DNA of 64,000 nucleotides from an uncultured Verrucomicrobiae bacterium (GTDB lineage Bacteria; Verrucomicrobiota; Verrucomicrobiia; Chthoniobacterales; UBA10450): assembly GCA_963821915.1 (NCBI GenBank), contig CAWGFS010000017.1, positions 8,178 through 72,177 of the forward strand, read 5' to 3'. Shown here piece by piece: positions 60,798 through 64,000 of this stretch; the stretch's first letter is position 1, and each line of letters starts with the position of its first letter. The notes beneath the pieces are model-generated. The model saw only the letters and a list, made by a program, of their open reading frames with translations, was not told the DNA's origin and did no database searches. A program made the translations under genes and the position numbers.

Positions 60798-61776
60798 ACT
60801 TCATCTGGCGTTATCCGACCGTCGCGCTTCTCGCATTCTCCTGCTTCGGAGTGGCGGCGACCGCTTCGCCCACGCGCGGCGCGGAATCGGTCAATGGCAT
60901 CGCAGCGATCGTGAATGACAAAGTCATCACCTATTCCGAGGTGCGAGAAGTCGTCGAACCTCGCGAGCGCCTGCTCCGCTCGCAGTATTCCGGCGAGGAG
61001 TTGGTGAACAAAATCACCGAGCTGCGGAAAGCGGCGCTCCAGGACCTGATCGATCGCCAGCTCATCGTCCAGGCTTTCGACAAGGAGAAGCTCGCGATTC
61101 CGCCGCACTTCATCGACGAGCGGGTGGACGAGGTGATCAAAAACAACTTCGGTGGCGACCGTCACGCCTTCATCAAGACGATGGAGGCGCAAAAATATAC
61201 GATGTCGAAATTCCGCGATCTGGAGCGGCAAAAGATCATCGTGCAGGCGATGCGGGCCAAGAACGTGACATCCAACCTCATCATCCCGCCGGCCAAGGTG
61301 GAGGAATATTACCGCAAGCACAGGGACCAGTTCGCGAACAAGGCGCAGGTCAAACTCCGGATGATCATGATCCCGGGCCACGCCGATTCGGGCGGCGGCG
61401 CGGCGCAAGCTCGATGGCGGAGGAGATTCGCGCCAAGCTCATCACCGGCGCCGACTTCGACAAGATGGCGCAGATGTATTCCGAAGACAGCACTCGCGAT
61501 CTGGGTGGCGACTGGGGCTGGATCGATGACAAGACGCTGTCAGCGCCGCTCTCCGAGGTCGCCTTCAGTCTCCAGCCCGGCGCGATCAGTAAAGTCATCA
61601 ATTTGGGCGGCAATTATTACATCTTGAAAGTGGAAGCGCGCCAGGGCGGCGAAGTGAAACCACTCAAGGATGTGCGGGCCGATATCGAGGGGCGGCTGCG
61701 GCAGGATCAGGCGCAAGAGCTGCAGGAACACTGGCTCGCCAGTCTGCGCTCGAAGGCTTACATCAAGACCTTCTAG
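60773..61776 (+). CDS. SurA-like periplasmic chaperone / PpiC-type peptidyl-prolyl isomerase, two +1 disruptions near 61395-61412
   Basis: Signal peptide and a SurA_N-like region (IAAIVNDKVITYSEV), then the rotamase domain (GADFDKMAQMYSEDSTRDLGGDWGWI) in ORF 61414. Confidence 0.8.
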
Positions 61777-61804
61777 CTTTCTGGCAACGCTTCGCTGATG
61801 ACTA

Positions 61805-62695
61805 TTGCGCAACATGCGCAAACGCATCGGCATCACGTTGGGCGATCCGGCCGGCATCGGCCCGGAAATCATCCGGGCGGCGCTGGCGTCGGGGAAATTG
61901 CCCGACGCAGATTATCGCCTGCTGGGCGAATCCGAAGGGCACTCGTTAGGCCAACCCACTCCCGAGAGTGCGCGCGCGGCCCAGGCCGCGCTCGAGGAAT
62001 CCGCCCGACTGGCGATCGCGCATGAGATCGATGCGGTCGTGACCGGACCGATTCACAAGGCTAGCATGTATGAAATCGGATTCGAGTTTCCCGGCCAAAC
62101 CGAATTCTTCGCCGCACGCTGCGGCGTGGAGAACTTCGCCATGCTCCTCACCGGAGCGGGTCTCACTGTCGCTCTCGTAACCACACACATCCCCCTCGCG
62201 CAGCGTGACCGAAAACCTGCGGACGGCCGAGATTGTGCGAGTCGGGTCGCTTCTCGCAGAATTTTCTCGTCCGGCGTGGCGGTTCCCGGCGCATCGCCGT
62301 CGCGGGATTGAATCCACACGCGGGCGAGTCCGGAGCGCTCGGCCGCGAAGAAATCGAGATCATCGCGCCGGCCGTCGCCGAACTGCAACGGATCCATGCG
62401 ACCGCGCAGATTCGCGGTCCGTTCTCACCCGACACCATTTTTCACCGTTCGGTCGAGGGAGAATTCGACGGCGGTCCTTTGCATGTATCACGATCAGGGA
62501 TTGATCCCGCTGAAACTGCACGCATTCCATGAAGGCGTGAACGTCACTCTTGGACTCCCGTTCCCGCGCACCAGCCCGGATCATGGCACCGCTTTTGCGA
62601 TCGCCGGCCAGGGCATTGCCCGGCCCGACAGCATGATCGCCGCCATCCGGCTCGCAGTGGAACTGGCCGAATCGAACGCTTGCTCCGGAGAATGA
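61805..62695 (+). CDS. pdxA: 4-hydroxythreonine-4-phosphate dehydrogenase; three +1 disruptions (about 62201, 62262, 62470)
   Basis: [33 protein letters not shown] and [13 protein letters not shown] can be followed through f2-f0-f1-f2. Confidence 0.85.
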
Positions 62696-63315
62696 GCCCA
62701 CGCATCTCGCCTCTTCATCTCACGCTGCTGTTGGCGACTGGCCTGGTCTTCGCCTGGTCGGCCTGGCATCCCTACGATCGCCTGACGTGGTGGCTCGAAG
62801 TCGCTCCCGGAATCCTCGGCGCGGCAATTCTCATCGCCACCTACTCCAGTTTTCGCTTCACCACGCTCTGCTACACGTTGATCGCTCTACACATCATGCT
62901 GCTCTGCGTCGGTGGGCATTACACCTACGCTCGCGTGCCGTTCTTCAACTGGATCGAACCGTTTTTCGGATGGCACCGAAATCATTTCGATCGGCTCGGG
63001 CATTTCATGCAGGGCTTTGTCCCGGCGTTGATCGCGCGCGAGCTCTTCATCCGACTGCGCGTGGTCACGTCCGGCGGCTGGCGCTTTGCCATCGTGCTTC
63101 TCATCTGCATGGGAATCAGCGCACTCTACGAGCTCCTGGAATGGGCCACTGCGCTCGGCGCGGGCGCGGCCTCCACCGCTTTCCTCGGCACCCAAGGCGA
63201 CGTCTGGGACACGCAGAAAGACATGTTCATGGCCCTGATCGGCGCGATCTGCGCCTTGATCCTGTTGAGCCGCTGGCAGAACCGGCAGATGCGACATCTG
63301 CCGAGCCAATGGTGA
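62692..63315 (+). CDS. DUF2238 (YjdF-like) inner membrane protein
   Basis: Polytopic membrane ORF. Its ATG overlaps the pdxA stop (ATGA). The ORF track start is 62680. Confidence 0.75.
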   Translation: MSPRISPLHLTLLLATGLVFAWSAWHPYDRLTWWLEVAPGILGAAILIATYSSFRFTTLCYTLIALHIMLLCVGGHYTYARVPFFNWIEPFFGWHRNHFDRLGHFMQGFVPALIARELFIRLRVVTSGGWRFAIVLLICMGISALYELLEWATALGAGAASTAFLGTQGDVWDTQKDMFMALIGAICALILLSRWQNRQMRHLPSQW

Positions 63316-63431
63316 AGGAGAAATTTCAACCGCGGATTACGCAGATGACACGGATTGGAAGGCGAAAGCAGACCAAAGGCCTACTTTTCCTACCGGTGAA
63401 ACCCGCTGTAATCCGCGGTCTAAATTCCTCG

Positions 63432-64000
63432 ATGCAGCCGCAAAAGTATCTCACCGTCTTCAATCTCGGGATCCAGAACACCTTTGTCTATCGCTGGAAC
63501 TATTTGTTGCGCGCGATCTTCGGGATCATTCCGCTGGTCGGCACGATCTTCCTTTGGCGGGCGATTTTCCGCGAGAGCGGCGGCGGTATGCGCGGCTACG
63601 ACTACGGCTCGATGATTTACTACTACCTGCTCACGATTTTGGTGAGCAACCTCGTCACCCCGACCGAGGACGAATGGCAAATCGCCGCCGACATTCGCGA
63701 GGGTCAGATCAATTCCTTCCTGACCAAGCCGATGAGTTATCTCGGCTACCGCTTCAGCATTTTCCTGAGCGGCCGGCTGGTTTACACCGCGGTCACGATC
63801 CTCCCGATCGCCGCCATCTTCTTCTATTTCCGCCGTTTCATCATTCTGCCTAACGACGCCGTGACCTGGCTCGCGGCGATCGTTTCGCTCCTCATGTCGG
63901 CTTTGATCCAGTTTTTTCTGACCTACTCGCTTTCGATGATGGCTTTCTGGATTCTGGAGATCTCAACCATCGTTTTCATCGTTTACAGCTTCGAATATTT
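63432..64000 (+). CDS. ABC-2 family transporter permease (uncharacterised ABC-type system), 5' partial: runs off the window end
   Basis: The frame is open from the ATG at 63432 to the window end. The translation MQPQKYLTVFNLGIQNTFVYRWNYLLRAIFGIIPLVGTIFLWRAIF... has multiple TM helices. It is absent from the ORF track because no stop codon lies within the window. Confidence 0.7.
   Translation, partial: MQPQKYLTVFNLGIQNTFVYRWNYLLRAIFGIIPLVGTIFLWRAIFRESGGGMRGYDYGSMIYYYLLTILVSNLVTPTEDEWQIAADIREGQINSFLTKPMSYLGYRFSIFLSGRLVYTAVTILPIAAIFFYFRRFIILPNDAVTWLAAIVSLLMSALIQFFLTYSLSMMAFWILEISTIVFIVYSFEY

Noticed and set aside
56420-62695. Programmed ribosomal frameshifting or transcriptional slippage as the cause of the frame breaks.
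   Set aside because: The sites share no slippery heptamer or stimulatory structure. They occur several times per gene, in unrelated genes and on both strands. Many are insertions at non-repetitive positions.
44238-63856. GTTAGGC / GCCTAAC are textbook integron attC core and inverse-core sequences, so the motif copies could be read as a cassette array.
   Set aside because: Most copies lie inside conserved housekeeping ORFs (mfd, pdxA, aroF, M16 peptidase) and are not arranged as inverse-core/core pairs 60-140 bp apart. No intI integrase or attI is present. The genes are not small promoterless cassettes.
1-64000. Apparent enrichment of the palindrome GCGATCGC (HIP1-like), about 10 copies.
   Set aside because: Most copies read as Ala-Ile-Ala/Gly-Asp-Arg type codon strings in GC-rich ORFs. 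The enrichment is modest and explainable by codon usage, and there is no positional pattern.

Overview
GC-rich (about 58-60% by eye) bacterial chromosomal segment. I recognised no rRNA, tRNA, CRISPR array, transposase or integrase. The gene content includes delta-60, NHL and Kelch propellers, a TIGR02999-type ECF sigma paired with a Ser/Thr kinase-TPR sensor, DUF885, DUF1844, DUF4286 and many lipoproteins. By inference this suggests a soil Verrucomicrobia/Acidobacteria/Planctomycetes-type genome. The left ~35 kb looks accessory. It holds secreted repeat proteins in several paralogous copies, partial gene duplications flanking inserted genes, a 1.7-kb tandem duplication, a ParE toxin-antitoxin pair, an orphan HEPN gene, an ORF6N gene bracketed by simple-sequence arrays, and small REP-like intergenic elements. 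The right ~29 kb is housekeeping: aminotransferase, hydroxyacid dehydrogenase, multicopper oxidase, M48 and M16 peptidases, L,D-transpeptidase, DAHP synthase, mfd, SurA-like PPIase, pdxA and an ABC-2 permease. Two signals cut across the gene map. (1) The exact 9-mer TCGTTAGGC occurs 15 times, all between 44.2 and 63.9 kb. It appears in several reading frames, on both strands and in intergenic pairs, so it behaves like a genome-specific over-represented word (uptake-signal-like or Chi/KOPS-like). This is the most interesting thing I can see. (2) About three dozen single-base frame disruptions, mostly +1 insertions, break about 18 otherwise well-conserved genes, including aroF, mfd and pdxA. Sequence error is a more likely cause than real pseudogenisation. 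CDS coordinates follow the supplied ORF track. Positions I read by hand (repeats, motifs, frameshift sites) may be off by 1-2 nt. Product calls rest on recognised family motifs, not on database searches.
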